Shown: piece by piece, positions 1 to 10,271 of the stretch
Position numbering within the stretch: the stretch's first letter is position 1
Layout of the letters: each line of letters opens with the position of its first letter
Notes under the pieces: model-generated
What the model was told of the DNA's origin: nothing
Database searches by the model: none
Seen by the model: the letters and a program-made list of their open reading frames with translations, nothing else
Program-made: the position numbers and the translations under genes
Source of the DNA: Ilumatobacteraceae bacterium
Lineage (GTDB): Bacteria > Actinomycetota > Acidimicrobiia > Acidimicrobiales > Ilumatobacteraceae
Direction of reading: 5' to 3'
Assembly (NCBI GenBank): GCA_963746285.1
Contig: CAVVAO010000020.1
Span: 9,476-73,475, forward strand
DNA length: 64,000 nt

Positions 1-1
1 C

Positions 2-37
2 GTCGCCTGGGCCATCCTCGCCCGCGACGCCACCTGA
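2..37 (+). CDS. 3' end of an unidentified gene truncated by the window edge
   Basis: Open frame enters the window and ends at TGA 35-37 (..VAWAILARDAT*). It is too short to identify. Confidence 0.2.
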   Translation, partial: VAWAILARDAT

Positions 38-49
38 GCCCGAAAATGC

Positions 50-80
50 GCAGATCCGGCCGCTCAGCGACCGGATCTGC
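50..80. terminator. Hairpin between convergent gene ends (10-bp stem gcagatccgg/ccggatctgc, 11-nt loop)
   Basis: Perfect inverted repeat read directly. On the minus strand it follows the etfA stop (104-106) and is followed by gcATTTTc. Confidence 0.5.
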
Positions 81-103
81 ACAAATTTCGGATGGAGCGT
101 TGT

Positions 104-1072
104 TCAGGAACGGGATTGCAGTGCTTGGAGCAACTGCGGCAGCACCTTGTGTACGTCACCGACGATGCCGAGGTCGGCGACACCGAAGATCGGCGCCTCC
201 TTGTCCTTGTTGATCGCGATGATGTTCTTCGAGCCCTTCATGCCCACCATGTGCTGAGTGGCGCCGGAGATGCCCGCGGCGATGTACACGGTCGGCTTGA
301 CGACCTTGCCGGTCTGGCCGACCTGGTAGCTGTAGGGAACCCAGCCGGCGTCGACGATCGCACGCGACGCTCCGGGCGCACCCTTGAGCGCCTTGGCGAG
401 CGACTCGATCATCTGGTACTTGTCGGCCTCGCCGAGACCGCGGCCACCGGCGACCACGACTGCGGCTTCGTCGAGCTTCGGACCCGAGGTCTCCTCGACG
501 TGCACAGCGGTGACGGTTGCACCACCGGTGGAGCCCAGATCGGGAACCGGAGCCGACACGACCTCGCCGGCGGCACCGGCGCCGGCTTCGGCGACGAAGC
601 TCTTCGGCCGGAACGCTGCGAGGTACGGCCGCTCACCCGTGAAGGTCGAGTTGACCAGCTTGGTGCCGCCGAAGATCGGCGTCTGCACGGTCACCGAGTC
701 GCCCTCGACGGTGATCGAGGTCGAGTTGGTGAGCACTGTGCGGTCGAGCTTGACCGAGAGACGCGCCATCACGTCGCGACCTTCGTAGCTCTGCGGGAAC
801 ATGATCAGGTCGGGACTGTCGCCGCCGTCGATCACGGCCTTCATCGCCGTCGCGACCGCGACACCCGGGAGCGCTCCACCGAGATCGCCCGTCGCGTAGA
901 CCTTCGCGGCGCCGTGGTCTCCGAGGGCCGCTGCGGCACCCCCGCCGTCACCAGCAATGAACGCCGAAACGTTGCCGCCGAGACTGCGGGCCTTGGTCAG
1001 CAGTTCGAGTGTGCCGGTGGTGGGAGCGCCATCGGCGGCCTGCGCGAACACCCAGATGTTGTCGATACCCAT
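104..1072 (-). CDS. etfA: Electron transfer flavoprotein alpha subunit
   Basis: 322-aa ORF with an EtfA-type C-terminal FAD domain (..[54 protein letters not shown]). It lies directly downstream of etfB. Confidence 0.95.
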   Translation of the reverse strand: MGIDNIWVFAQAADGAPTTGTLELLTKARSLGGNVSAFIAGDGGGAAAALGDHGAAKVYATGDLGGALPGVAVATAMKAVIDGGDSPDLIMFPQSYEGRDVMARLSVKLDRTVLTNSTSITVEGDSVTVQTPIFGGTKLVNSTFTGERPYLAAFRPKSFVAEAGAGAAGEVVSAPVPDLGSTGGATVTAVHVEETSGPKLDEAAVVVAGGRGLGEADKYQMIESLAKALKGAPGASRAIVDAGWVPYSYQVGQTGKVVKPTVYIAAGISGATQHMVGMKGSKNIIAINKDKEAPIFGVADLGIVGDVHKVLPQLLQALQSRS

Positions 1073-1083
1073 GATCGGTCTCC

Positions 1084-1851
1084 TCAGATGACTTTCAGGT
1101 TGTCGAGGAACTCGACGATCTTGTTGAACGATTCGCCATCGTCCTCGATGACCTCACCGGCCTCGCGGGCAGGAGCATCTTCGACGGAGGTGATCTGCTG
1201 GGCCCACGACACCGACTCGATGCCGAGGTCGGCGGCGGTGACCGTGTCGACCGGCTTGGACTTGGCGGCCATGATGCCCTTGAAGCTCGGGTAGCGGGGC
1301 TCGACGACGCCGGCGGTCACGGAGACCACGGCGGGCAGCGAGCACGTGACCTCGTCGTAGCCGGCCTCGGTCTGACGTGAGACCTTCAGCGTGCCGTCGG
1401 CGATCTCGATGCTCTTCGCAAAGGTGATCGAGGGGAGTCCGAGCACTTCTGCGATCTGTTCCGGCACGGTGCCCGTGTAGCCGTCGGACGACTCGGTGCC
1501 GGCGATGATCAGGTCGACGTCGCCGAGCTTCTTCGACGCGCCGGCGAGCACCTTCGCAGTGGTGAGCGCATCGGCGCCGGCGAGCGACGGATCGCTCACG
1601 AGGACCGCCTTGGCGGCACCCATGGCGAGCGCAGTGCGCAGACCCGAGGTCTCGTCGTTCGGCGCCATCGAGACGAGGCTGACCTCGCCGCCGCCGGCCG
1701 CAGTGACGAGCTGGAGAGCCATCTCGACGCCGTAGCTGTCGGACTCGTCGAGGATGAGCTTGCCATCACGCTTGAGCGTGTTGGTGGAGGGATCCAGCTC
1801 GCCGGGCAGCGCCGGGTCGGGGATCTGTTTCACACAGACGATGACGTTCAT
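1084..1851 (-). CDS. etfB: Electron transfer flavoprotein beta subunit
   Basis: 255-aa ORF with the typical EtfB N-terminus MNVIVCVKQIPDP..., and an 11-nt gap to etfA. Confidence 0.95.
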   Translation of the reverse strand: MNVIVCVKQIPDPALPGELDPSTNTLKRDGKLILDESDSYGVEMALQLVTAAGGGEVSLVSMAPNDETSGLRTALAMGAAKAVLVSDPSLAGADALTTAKVLAGASKKLGDVDLIIAGTESSDGYTGTVPEQIAEVLGLPSITFAKSIEIADGTLKVSRQTEAGYDEVTCSLPAVVSVTAGVVEPRYPSFKGIMAAKSKPVDTVTAADLGIESVSWAQQITSVEDAPAREAGEVIEDDGESFNKIVEFLDNLKVI

Positions 1852-1895
1852 AAGGAGCCCAAGTTACCGGTGCGTCAACTTGCGCCCAAACCCGT

Positions 1896-2849
1896 GTGAC
1901 CAAGTCGCCGCCGCACGTTGCTACCGTCGGCGGCTTGCGGATCCTGTTGGTGGTCAACTCCTTCGCCTCGTCGGTGACGGCACGCAACACCGTCATCGTC
2001 CATCGCCGCCTCAGCCGTGGTCACGACGTCGAGGTCGTCGAGACCAACCGCCGCGGCCACGCCACCCGCTTCGCCCACGATGCAGCCCGCCGCGGGATCG
2101 ACGTGGTCATCGGCTTCGGTGGCGACGGCACCCTCAACGAGGTCGCCACGGGCATCGCCGGCACCGAGACGGCACTCGGCGTGCTGCCCGGCGGTTCGAC
2201 GAACGTGTTCGCCCGGACGCTGGGCCTCCCGAACGATCCGGTCGCAGCCGCCGAACATCTTGCCAACGGCATCGACGCAGCCGACCTGCGCCCCATCGGC
2301 CTGGGTCAGGTCAACGGCCGCTACTTCTGCTTCCACACCGGCGTCGGGTTCGACGCGGCGGTCGTCGAACGAGTCGAGCGGCGCGGTTCACTGAAGCGCT
2401 GGCTCGGGCACCCGCTGTTCATCTGGGCGGGGCTGTCGACGTGGCTGACCGGCTACGACCACCGCACCCCCCACTTCCGCGTGCACGGCGACGGCGGACC
2501 CGACGTCGACGACGGCTACTTCACGATCGTGCTCAACACGAACCCGTACACGTACCTGGGGAACCGTCCGCTGGACCTGTCGCCCGCCGCCACGCTCGAG
2601 CGGGGCCTGGTCGTGATCACGTTCACCACGATGAACGCTGCGGCGATCCTGACCTCGCTGGCCGGCGCGCTGCGTGGGGGCGGGGTGAAACCCGCCGATC
2701 ACCTCGACATCCGCGTCGACGTGACGCACCTCGTGGTCGAGAACGAGACCCCGTTCCCTTACCAGGTCGACGGTGACGCACTCGGGCAGACCAAGCGGCT
2801 CGAGTTCACCCACGTGCCCGACGCCGTCAAGCTCGTGTTCCCGAACTGA
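1896..2849 (+). CDS. Diacylglycerol/lipid kinase family protein
   Basis: DAGK catalytic-domain motifs (LLVVNSFASS.., VVIGFGGDGTLNEV, LGVLPGGSTNVFAR). GTG start at 1896. Confidence 0.85.
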   Translation: MTKSPPHVATVGGLRILLVVNSFASSVTARNTVIVHRRLSRGHDVEVVETNRRGHATRFAHDAARRGIDVVIGFGGDGTLNEVATGIAGTETALGVLPGGSTNVFARTLGLPNDPVAAAEHLANGIDAADLRPIGLGQVNGRYFCFHTGVGFDAAVVERVERRGSLKRWLGHPLFIWAGLSTWLTGYDHRTPHFRVHGDGGPDVDDGYFTIVLNTNPYTYLGNRPLDLSPAATLERGLVVITFTTMNAAAILTSLAGALRGGGVKPADHLDIRVDVTHLVVENETPFPYQVDGDALGQTKRLEFTHVPDAVKLVFPN

Positions 2850-2852
2850 GGC

Positions 2853-3558
2853 TCAACGACCTCCGGGCCACGAGGGAACTGCTGCGGACCGCTCTCGGCC
2901 CAGCGCTGCAAGCGCAACGTCCGGCACGTCGGTGCACACACCGTCGACGCCGAGGCCGGCGATCCGTACGAGGCGAGCCGGGTCGTTGCACGTCCAGGTG
3001 TTGACGGCCAGACCGTGGCGTCGACACAGCGCCATCAACGCCTCGTCGAGCATCGCCTCCTCGGGATGCAACGCCCGGTGTCCCGCGGCGGCGAGCCGCT
3101 CGATCGTCGGCTCGTCGACGGCGAACGAGGTGAGACACCCGGTGGCGATCTCGGGTGCGTACTGGCGACACGCGGCCACCGTGCTCCACGAGAACGAGGA
3201 GATCAACCAGCGGTCGGTCGCGCGCGGGCCTCGTCGTCGCAACTCGTCGATGACCGGGGCGACCATCGCCATCGTCGGGTCGTAGTCGGGATCGACCTTC
3301 GAGTTCTTGATCTCGACGTTCACGAGCATGCGATCGCCGCAGGCGTCGAGCGCCTCGGCCAACGTGGCCGGGGCGAGTGCTTCGACGTCGTCGATCGAAT
3401 CCGGCAACGGGTCGTGCGACCACGAGCAGCCTCCCGGTCACGCTTCGCCGCACGTCGAGTTCGACGCCGTCTGCGCCCATTCGGTCGGCGAGCGAGAAGG
3501 CCTCGGGGGTGTTCTCCGCCGCTGCAGCCGAGGCGCCGCGGTGTGCGAGGACGAGCAT
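2853..3558 (-). pseudogene. Glycerophosphodiester phosphodiesterase (GDPD), one apparent frameshift near 3413
   Basis: The N-terminus MLVLAHRGAS..ENTPEAF..GADGVELDVR lies in the frame of ORF 2827..3558. The rest (..DPLPDSIDD..VNVEIK..NTWTCNDP..GVDGVCTD) lies in ORF 2853..3407. The junction reads gtggtcGcacgacccg. Confidence 0.8.
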
Positions 3559-3733
3559 CGGCCCATGATGGTCGAACAGATCGAACGGAAGGTGAACAAA
3601 GGACGAATGGACCCTTGCGGCAACAGAACGCGGGGCCTACAGTTCCTCCCGGCCCGAGCGGCCCATCGCCCCGCAGCGATGACCCATCCCCCCGGCGGAA
3701 CACCCGCCTCAGCCACTTTCGAGGAGCACCAAC

Positions 3734-4033
3734 GTGTCGATCCTTGCGTCCAGCCTCACCCTTGGAGCCGCAGACTACGAGTGGCGTGATGACGCCATCT
3801 GCCGCGACACCGACCCGGAACTCTTCTTTCCGGTCGGGACCACGGGGCACGCGCTGGTGCAGATCGATCGTGCCAAGGAAGTGTGCGACGAGTGCACCGT
3901 CGCCAAGCAGTGTCTGGATTTCGCGCTCGAGACCAATCAGGACTCGGGCATCTGGGGCGGCCTCACCGAAGAAGAACGCCGCGTCATCCGCCGTCGCCGC
4001 GTCGCCGCTGCCCGCGCCGCACGCGCGAGCTGA
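3734..4033 (+). CDS. WhiB-family Fe-S transcriptional regulator
   Basis: Four Cys in the WhiB arrangement (C-x..-CxxC-x5-C), a GIWGG turn and a basic C-terminal tail. GTG start preceded by gaggag. Confidence 0.9.
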   Translation: MSILASSLTLGAADYEWRDDAICRDTDPELFFPVGTTGHALVQIDRAKEVCDECTVAKQCLDFALETNQDSGIWGGLTEEERRVIRRRRVAAARAARAS

Positions 4034-4090
4034 ACCGCCCCGATCGTCGCAGGGTCATCCGCCGGCGCGGCGCTCGTCGCTGACGGGTGG

Positions 4091-4855
4091 TCAGGACATC
4101 CAGGACGTGACGAGATCGGTGATCGACCCGGTCAGTGCCATCTGGAGGAACGGGCCGAATGACACCCGGTGCACGCCCATCGCGCGCAGGTCGTCGATGG
4201 AGCCGGCAGTCGACCCGTTGACCGGGTGGGCGATGACGTTGATCGGGCCCGAGAGCTCGTCGAGCAGTGTCCTCACCGCATCGGCATCTGGTGCGCGGAC
4301 GGGGTAGACGCACCGGGCGCCGGCCTCCTCGCACGCACGAAGACGACGAATCGCTTCGCCGAGCGGGTCGTCGAACACCTCGGTTCGCCCGAGCAGGACA
4401 TCGGTTCGCGCGTTGATCACGAGCGGCACTCCGGCAGCGTCGGCCGCCGACCGAAGTGCCCCGATGTACTCCGCGTGCTCAGCGACCGAGCGCAGACGCT
4501 GCTCGCTGTGGACGGTGTCTTCGATGTTGATGCCGACGGCGCCGGCGTCGAGGACCCGCTCGACGAGCTCGGTCGCGGCGGTGTCGTAGCCGGACTCCAT
4601 GTCGGCGCTCACCGGCACCTCGACCGCTGCGGTGATGCGACGGATCCCGTCGAGAGCGTCGTCGAGTGACATCGCCTCGTTGTCGCCCTGCCCGCGCGAC
4701 TCTGCGAGGGGGTGGCTGCCGATCGTCAACGCGGGGAATCCGGCGGCGACCACCGCGTTCGCCGACCACGCGTCCCACACCGTGGGCAGGACCAGTGTGG
4801 TACCCGAATGATGTAGGTCGAGCAGGATCTGAGCGCGAGTCGCGAGGTCTGTCAT
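4091..4855 (-). CDS. Isocitrate lyase/PEP mutase family protein
   Basis: 254 aa with ..LVLPTVWDAWSA..VPVSADMESGYD..GAVGINIED.. typical of the ICL/PEPM superfamily. Confidence 0.8.
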   Translation of the reverse strand: MTDLATRAQILLDLHHSGTTLVLPTVWDAWSANAVVAAGFPALTIGSHPLAESRGQGDNEAMSLDDALDGIRRITAAVEVPVSADMESGYDTAATELVERVLDAGAVGINIEDTVHSEQRLRSVAEHAEYIGALRSAADAAGVPLVINARTDVLLGRTEVFDDPLGEAIRRLRACEEAGARCVYPVRAPDADAVRTLLDELSGPINVIAHPVNGSTAGSIDDLRAMGVHRVSFGPFLQMALTGSITDLVTSWMS

Positions 4856-4917
4856 GACACCATCGTGCCAGGCCCGACGACGGCGTCAACACGGGTCGCG
4901 CCGACGAACCTCGCACG

Positions 4918-5463
4918 TCAGTGATCGAGCACCATCGCGACGAGCTGTTCGGCATCGGTGGTAACGAGCGGTTCGCCGAGTACCAGCCGGCGGTAGGTGA
5001 CGGCGCCGGCGAGAGCGCTGCCCGCAAGCCGAGCGTCGATGTCCGGGGCGGCAGCAGCAACGGCCTCGACGAGCGCACCGAACCGTCGCGCGCTGTCCGC
5101 GTGGTGAATCCGAGCCAGCTCCGGGTCGGCCTCGGCCGCACCGGCCAGTGCGATGGCCAGTGATCCGCCCGATCCGTGCAGCGCCTCGATCAGGTGTTCG
5201 ACGAGCCCGACGACTCGCTCACGCGGCGCCTGTGTCGGCTGAGCCGGAGGCTGGATGCTCCGGGCCTCGAGTGCCGAGACCACGACATCGCGCACACTGT
5301 GCCAGTGGCGGTACACGGTGCTGCGCGCGACACCTGCCCTCGCGGCAATGGCGTCGATGGTCAATCCCCCGTAGCCCACCTCGACCAGCTCGGCCAGTAC
5401 CGCTGTCGTACACGCGCCGATGCGACTCGACCACGCGAGGATCGGCTCTCTTGTTTGCAACAC
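4918..5463 (-). CDS. TetR family transcriptional regulator
   Basis: N-terminal HTH ..GYGGLTIDAIAARAGVARSTVYRHW... Divergent from the VOC gene. Confidence 0.85.
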   Translation of the reverse strand: MLQTREPILAWSSRIGACTTAVLAELVEVGYGGLTIDAIAARAGVARSTVYRHWHSVRDVVVSALEARSIQPPAQPTQAPRERVVGLVEHLIEALHGSGGSLAIALAGAAEADPELARIHHADSARRFGALVEAVAAAAPDIDARLAGSALAGAVTYRRLVLGEPLVTTDAEQLVAMVLDH

Positions 5464-5472
5464 TCATGTTGC
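5457..5472. promoter_or_regulatory. 6-4-6 inverted repeat gcaaca-ctca-tgttgc in the TetR/VOC divergent region (candidate operator)
   Basis: Read directly. It overlaps the TetR start codon in the 23-nt gap to the VOC gene. Confidence 0.25.
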
Positions 5473-5486
5473 GCTATGCTACAGAT

Positions 5487-5876
5487 ATGTCGCAGACTGC
5501 TCCGGCCATCTCGTTCCGCTACCTCGTGCACGACGTCCAGGCAGCCGTCGACTTCTACGGGCTCCTCGGTTGCGAGGTCCGGATGCACCCCGGACCTGGC
5601 TTCGCTCAGCTCGCGCTCGATGGCGTCGCGGTCAATCTGAACGCTGTCGGCGGCGAGGGTGGCGCCAGCCAGCAAGTCGGCGGCGAGACCCCCGTTCCGG
5701 GTGGATGGAACCGGATCCAGGTGCGCGTCGACGACCTCGATGGTCAGCTGGCATCGCTGGGCGCCGCCGGCGTTGAACCCGTCGACGGTGTCGTCGAAGG
5801 GCGAGGCGGCCGCCAGGCGCTCGTCCGCGACCCGTCCGGCAATCTCGTCGAACTGTTCGAGCAGTACCGCAGCTGA
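5487..5876 (+). CDS. VOC/glyoxalase family protein
   Basis: The ATG at 5487 is in frame with ORF 5148..5876. The ~129-aa product (FRYLVHDVQAAVDFYG.., ..VRDPSGNLVELFE) is VOC-fold-like. Confidence 0.75.
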   Translation: MSQTAPAISFRYLVHDVQAAVDFYGLLGCEVRMHPGPGFAQLALDGVAVNLNAVGGEGGASQQVGGETPVPGGWNRIQVRVDDLDGQLASLGAAGVEPVDGVVEGRGGRQALVRDPSGNLVELFEQYRS

Positions 5877-5888
5877 GTCCCCCAGCAC

Positions 5889-6158
5889 ATGATCGCGGCC
5901 CGATCGCCGCGCCCGAACGAGGAGGTGTCACCACCTCGCACGCTGATCGATCCTGCCGTGGTCGTCGGCCAGACTGGAGGGGTGGACACGGGCGACCGGA
6001 TGTTGCTGTGGTGCGAAGGCGGCCCGTCGATCGGCCGCGCGACGACGTATCCACCTCCACTCGAGATCGCCGTCGACGGAGGGATGTACATCCTCGTGGA
6101 CGACGGGCCGGTCGAGGAATGGCACTACTCGTTCGTCGACGAGCGACCGCTCGCTTGA
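5889..6158 (+). CDS. Hypothetical small protein
   Basis: 89-aa ORF immediately after the VOC gene on the same strand. No recognisable motif. Confidence 0.3.
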   Translation: MIAARSPRPNEEVSPPRTLIDPAVVVGQTGGVDTGDRMLLWCEGGPSIGRATTYPPPLEIAVDGGMYILVDDGPVEEWHYSFVDERPLA

Positions 6159-6239
6159 CGCCGTCCGGGGGACTCCGTCGTCGGAGCGCGGAGGAGACCC
6201 GGCGATCGAGGCTCCCGGTGCGGGTCTCGACCGGAGTAT

Positions 6240-6638
6240 CTACGGCTCCATGAGCAAACGCAACGAGGCGAGGTCTCGGGCGACGGCGTCGACGTCCGAG
6301 GCAAAGTCGGCTTCGCTCATCGCGGCGAGCCGTCGAACGCTGAACAGGACGTCGCATCCGTCGCCGTTCGCGATGATTCGCATCGGGTTCGTGACCCGCT
6401 CGCCGGATGGCAACGTCACGTCGTGATCGGCGACACCGAAATCGTTCCGATCGACGAATTCGACCGTCACCCGCCCGAGTGGCGAGTCGGCCACCCAGTG
6501 ACCATCGACGTGACGGAGCGGACTGTTCGCGAGACCGGCTGCCCACGTCGACAAGTTCGCTGGATCGGTGACGAAGGCGTAGACGTCGTCTGCGCGACGC
6601 TCGATCGACGTGGAGACGTGGATGGTTTCATGCACCAT
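6240..6638 (-). CDS. SRPBCC (polyketide cyclase/START-like) family protein
   Basis: 132-aa C-terminal part of ORF 6240..7067 starting MVHETIHVSTSIERRADDVYAFVTDPANLSTW.., a typical SRPBCC N-terminus. Confidence 0.7.
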   Translation of the reverse strand: MVHETIHVSTSIERRADDVYAFVTDPANLSTWAAGLANSPLRHVDGHWVADSPLGRVTVEFVDRNDFGVADHDVTLPSGERVTNPMRIIANGDGCDVLFSVRRLAAMSEADFASDVDAVARDLASLRLLMEP

Positions 6639-6747
6639 GCGGACAGTCTGCCGATGCCGGGTGGGGCACCCACGACCGTTGCGGTTTCGTTCGTTCGAGG
6701 TCACCCTCGGTCCGGCCCGTTCGACGAACGTACGTAGTCTCGCCGTC

Positions 6748-7647
6748 ATGGTGCACACGACCGTCGAGTTGAAGCGCTTGTCCGACACCGTCTGGGAGCG
6801 CACCCGGCGGCGACTCGACGGCCTCACCGACGAGGAGTACCGCTGGGAACCCGCACCAGGATGTTGGTCGATCCGGACTCGACGCGACGGCACCCCGTTT
6901 CTGGAGTGGGCGCCGATCGTCCACCCCGACCCGTTCACGACGCTGGCCTGGCGCCTCTGGCATCTGATCGACATGTACGGCGAGGACCGTGCGCCACGTT
7001 GGCTCGACGTGCCACCCCAGGGCGAGGCGGTCGGACTGGATGCGCCCGACCCCGCTCCACCGGTCACCGCGGCCGACGCCTTGGATCAGCTCGACCGCGC
7101 CCACGCTCGTTGGGATGCGCACCTCGCCCTGGTGGACGACGCTCGGCTCGGCGCTCTCATCGGTCCGGTCGGTGGCGAGTACGGCGACGGCACTCGAGCC
7201 GGCTACGTCCTGCACATGCTCGACGAGTTCATCCACCACGGCGCGGAGATCTCGATGCTGCGTGATCTGTATCGGTGGCAGCGACCGATCAGTGTCGACC
7301 CGTTGACCGAGCGGGCGATCCGGGGGGATGTCACGCTGGCGGCCGACGTTGCGTCCGTCGACGCCGAGACCGCATCAGCGTTGCTGAGCACCGCCGCGAG
7401 CTTTGGTCGCTGGGCGCTCGTCGAGGAGCTGCTCGAGCACGGCGCCCCTCCCGCCGTCTCGGGGCGTACACCAGCGCACACCGCAGCCGGCGCCGGCGAA
7501 CTCGACCTGCTGCGCAAGCTCGTCGATCTCGGCGCCGACCTCGGCGCCCGCGACGACGACTTCGATTCCACGCCGCTCACATGGGCTCGGTTCATGCGAC
7601 GCGACCACGTCGTCGCCTGGCTGGAGGGACAGAACGCTCCCGAGTGA
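6748..7647 (+). CDS. DinB-family domain fused to ankyrin repeats
   Basis: The ATG at 6748 is in frame with ORF 6610..7647. The N-terminal half is DinB/mycothiol-transferase-like (..WRLWHLIDMY.., HMLDEFIHHGAEI). The C-terminal part carries ANK consensus (GRTPAHTAAGAGELDLLRKLVDLGADLGARDD..TPL). Confidence 0.8.
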   Translation: MVHTTVELKRLSDTVWERTRRRLDGLTDEEYRWEPAPGCWSIRTRRDGTPFLEWAPIVHPDPFTTLAWRLWHLIDMYGEDRAPRWLDVPPQGEAVGLDAPDPAPPVTAADALDQLDRAHARWDAHLALVDDARLGALIGPVGGEYGDGTRAGYVLHMLDEFIHHGAEISMLRDLYRWQRPISVDPLTERAIRGDVTLAADVASVDAETASALLSTAASFGRWALVEELLEHGAPPAVSGRTPAHTAAGAGELDLLRKLVDLGADLGARDDDFDSTPLTWARFMRRDHVVAWLEGQNAPE

Positions 7648-7861
7648 TCGTGAGGCCGTGACCGGTCGACAGCTCCCCCGCGATGATCGAGGCGCCGGCA
7701 TCGCGTGCTCGGTGTCAAGGCCTGCCGGGTGCGAACCGATACACGATTGTGATCGCTGCGTGGATTGCGTCAGGGTGTGACCCGAGTTCGCACTGCAAGG
7801 TGGCACTCGACGCGACCGTCGACGTCGTCAGCCGGATCGAACTCAGATCGGAGGTCGTCAC

Positions 7862-8116
7862 GTGAGGGACTTCCTGGTCGAGTACGGGAGCCTGCGGTTC
7901 GCACTGGACCGACAGGACTACCGACGGCGCGGCAAACATGGATTCATCGCGAGCGCCCTCCTGCTCGGTTGGTACCTGCTCGTGATGATGATCCTGCTCC
8001 CGATCGCCGCCGTACAGCTCGTCGTCGAGGCCGGCGACGAGCTCCGCGAGGCGAAGCGCGACCCCGACCATCGCGGGCGGATCGTCTCCGGGCGCCGTCG
8101 CCAACCCGATGAATGA
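7862..8116 (+). CDS. Hypothetical small membrane protein
   Basis: 84-aa ORF with a GTG start 7 nt after ggagg and one hydrophobic span (ASALLLGWYLLVMMILLPIAAV). It lies in a locally lower-GC stretch. Confidence 0.35.
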   Translation: MRDFLVEYGSLRFALDRQDYRRRGKHGFIASALLLGWYLLVMMILLPIAAVQLVVEAGDELREAKRDPDHRGRIVSGRRRQPDE

Positions 8117-8152
8117 CGCAGGCGGCGCAGGCAGGCAAGCGTCCTCCACGTC

Positions 8153-8176
8153 GCCGTGCCCGACCTCGGGCACGGC
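8153..8176. terminator. Hairpin gccgtgcccga-cc-tcgggcacggc between convergent genes
   Basis: 11-bp perfect arms read directly, between the end of ORF 7862..8116 and the AraC gene stop (8186). Confidence 0.4.
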
Positions 8177-8185
8177 TCGCCAGCG

Positions 8186-9100
8186 TCACGCCGACCAAGC
8201 GGGCGTCGAACGGGTCCGGCCACTCGGCGGCGTTCCGATGATGCGCTTGTAGGCGCGGCTGAACGCTGCTTCGGAGTCGTAGCCGACGGCTCGACCGACG
8301 GACGCGACGGAGTGGTCACCCCGTTCGAGTAGGGCCGCGGCACGATGCATCCGCCAACGGGCGACGTACGCCATCGGCGGCTCACCGACCAGTTGGGTGA
8401 ACCGGGCAGCGAACGCACTCCGCGACATCGCGGCGTGCGTCGCGAGCGCTGCGACGGTCCACTCGTTCGACGGGTCGGCATGGATGGCCGAGATCGCCGC
8501 ACCGATGTGAGGGTCACGCAGCGCTCCCAGCCACCCGCTTCGCGCGTCGGGGTCGTGTTCGATCCACGACCGGATCGCCTGGATGACGACGATGTCGCAG
8601 AGCCGGCTGATGATCGCCTGATTGCCTGCGCGCGCATCGTGGATCTCGTCGGCGAGCAGGTCGAGCGTGGGGCGCAACCATCCGGTGCGACCGAACGCGG
8701 CACCACGGAGGTGGATGATCGGTGGGAGCGCGTCGATGAGGTGCTGCGTGGCCGCCTGCTCGAATCGGACCCCACCGCACACGACCGTGCTGGGGGCGCC
8801 GCCGCCGCCATAGCGGAGCCGTCCGTAGGTCTCGGTCAGCTCCTCGTGCGGGAGCTCGAACACCGAGCGCACCGGCGCGGGTTCGCGCCCACGGGCAGTG
8901 TGTCCGTGACCGTGCGGCACGACGACGACGTCACCCGGTCCGACCTCGAACGTCTGGTCGTCGACGGTCAGCGTGCAAGCGCCCTCGGTGAGCACGTGGA
9001 ACCACAGGCAGCCTGGCATCGGGGGGAGCTCGATACCCCACGGTTCGGTCAGGTGTGACGGGCAATAGAAGATGCCCGACATCTGGACGGCTTCGAACAC
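8186..9100 (-). CDS. AraC family transcriptional regulator with N-terminal cupin domain
   Basis: C-terminal AraC HTH (..WTVAALATHAAMSRSAFAARFTQLVGEPPMAY..SVASVGRAVGYDSEAAFSRAYKR). Confidence 0.9.
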   Translation of the reverse strand: MFEAVQMSGIFYCPSHLTEPWGIELPPMPGCLWFHVLTEGACTLTVDDQTFEVGPGDVVVVPHGHGHTARGREPAPVRSVFELPHEELTETYGRLRYGGGGAPSTVVCGGVRFEQAATQHLIDALPPIIHLRGAAFGRTGWLRPTLDLLADEIHDARAGNQAIISRLCDIVVIQAIRSWIEHDPDARSGWLGALRDPHIGAAISAIHADPSNEWTVAALATHAAMSRSAFAARFTQLVGEPPMAYVARWRMHRAAALLERGDHSVASVGRAVGYDSEAAFSRAYKRIIGTPPSGRTRSTPAWSA

Positions 9101-9248
9101 CTGGGCGAGCGAGCTGTCGAGGTGGCCGACCGGGCATGGTCAGATGTTGTCACCCAATCGCCGCTTCGTCCACCGTGCAGGACGGATGAGCAAGAAGATC
9201 GGGCTTGTGGTCATGGACCGTCCGCACACGACATGTTTCAGTGGCGCC

Positions 9249-9801
9249 ATGACCATCGACACTCACGCACCACTCACCGACTCCACCCGCTTCGACCGGG
9301 GAGATCAGACGCAGCATCGCCGGCGGATCGTCGACACGCTGGCCGCGAGGTCCTTCATGACCTTGGCCACCGCATCGTCGGGCGGGTTCCCCCACGCCGC
9401 GGGCGTCTCGTACGCGCTCGGCGAGAGCGGCACGCCACGACGACCTCTCCGACCTGACGCTGTACGTCAACACGATGCGATCGAGCCGCAAGGCCCGCAA
9501 CGTCGTGGCCACCGGTCGCGCGGCCGTCGTCGTACCGGTGCGCAAGCTGCCGATCGGCCCACCGTTCACCATCCAGTTCCAGGCCGAGGCCGCCGTCGTG
9601 GCACCGACCGATGCCGAGATCGTCGGTCTCGTGGACGCCGGCCGGCTCGGGGCCGTCACGGGCCACGGCGAACTCGACGAACCCGACAGTTGCTTCATCC
9701 GGCTGCGGCCCCGTGGCCGGGTCCACAGCTACGGCCTCGGCGTGTCGGTGATTGCGCTCGCACGCGATCCGCTCCACGTCGGAGCCCGCTCCATCGGTTG
9801 A
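9249..9801 (+). pseudogene. Pyridoxamine 5'-phosphate oxidase-like (PNPOx/F420-type) family protein, one apparent frameshift near 9435
   Basis: The N-terminus (MTIDTH..RRRIVDTLAARSFMTLATASSGGFPHAAGVSYAL) lies in the frame of ORF 9072..9860. The continuation (..LTLYVNTMRSSRKARNVVATGRAAVVVPV..) lies in ORF 9475..9801. Confidence 0.7.
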
Positions 9802-9873
9802 GTATCGACGCGTCGATCGTGCGCCGCCTACCGACGCGACGCGGCGCGGTTGCAACATGATTCGCTGGGTGGC

Positions 9874-9895
9874 AATATTGCTCTATGACAATATT
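9874..9895. promoter_or_regulatory. AT-rich inverted repeat AATATTG-n8-CAATATT overlapping the ArsR start codon (candidate ArsR/SmtB operator)
   Basis: Perfect 7-bp arms read directly. It is a conspicuously AT-rich patch in GC-rich DNA, and the ATG of the ArsR gene (9885) lies in the spacer. Confidence 0.45.
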
Positions 9896-10271
9896 CGCCG
9901 TCCTCGCCGAGCCGAACCGGCGAGCGATCCTCGACCTGTTGCTCGACGACGAGCAGTCGGTCGGCACGATCGTCGACGCGCTCGACGTCGGCCAGCCCAC
10001 GGTGTCGAAACATCTGAAGGTTCTCCGCGAGGCCGGCCTCGTGAGCATGCGCATCGATGCGAACCGGCGGATCTACGCCTTGCGGCCCCAACCGCTGCTG
10101 GAGGTGGACCACTGGCTGCTCCCCTATCGCCGGCGATGGGCAGAACGTCTCGACGCGCTGGAGCAGTTCCTCGATCAGGACACAGCGGCCACCGCAACGA
10201 CGACAACGACCACGAAGCACACGACAGGACATGGAAAGGAAGAACATGACAGCGACACATCCCCTCGGTGA
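9885..10271 (+). CDS. ArsR/SmtB family transcriptional regulator
   Basis: Winged-helix motif ..LAEPNRRAILDLLL..EQSVGTIVDALDVGQPTVSKHLKVLREAGLV... Confidence 0.9.
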   Translation: MTIFAVLAEPNRRAILDLLLDDEQSVGTIVDALDVGQPTVSKHLKVLREAGLVSMRIDANRRIYALRPQPLLEVDHWLLPYRRRWAERLDALEQFLDQDTAATATTTTTTKHTTGHGKEEHDSDTSPR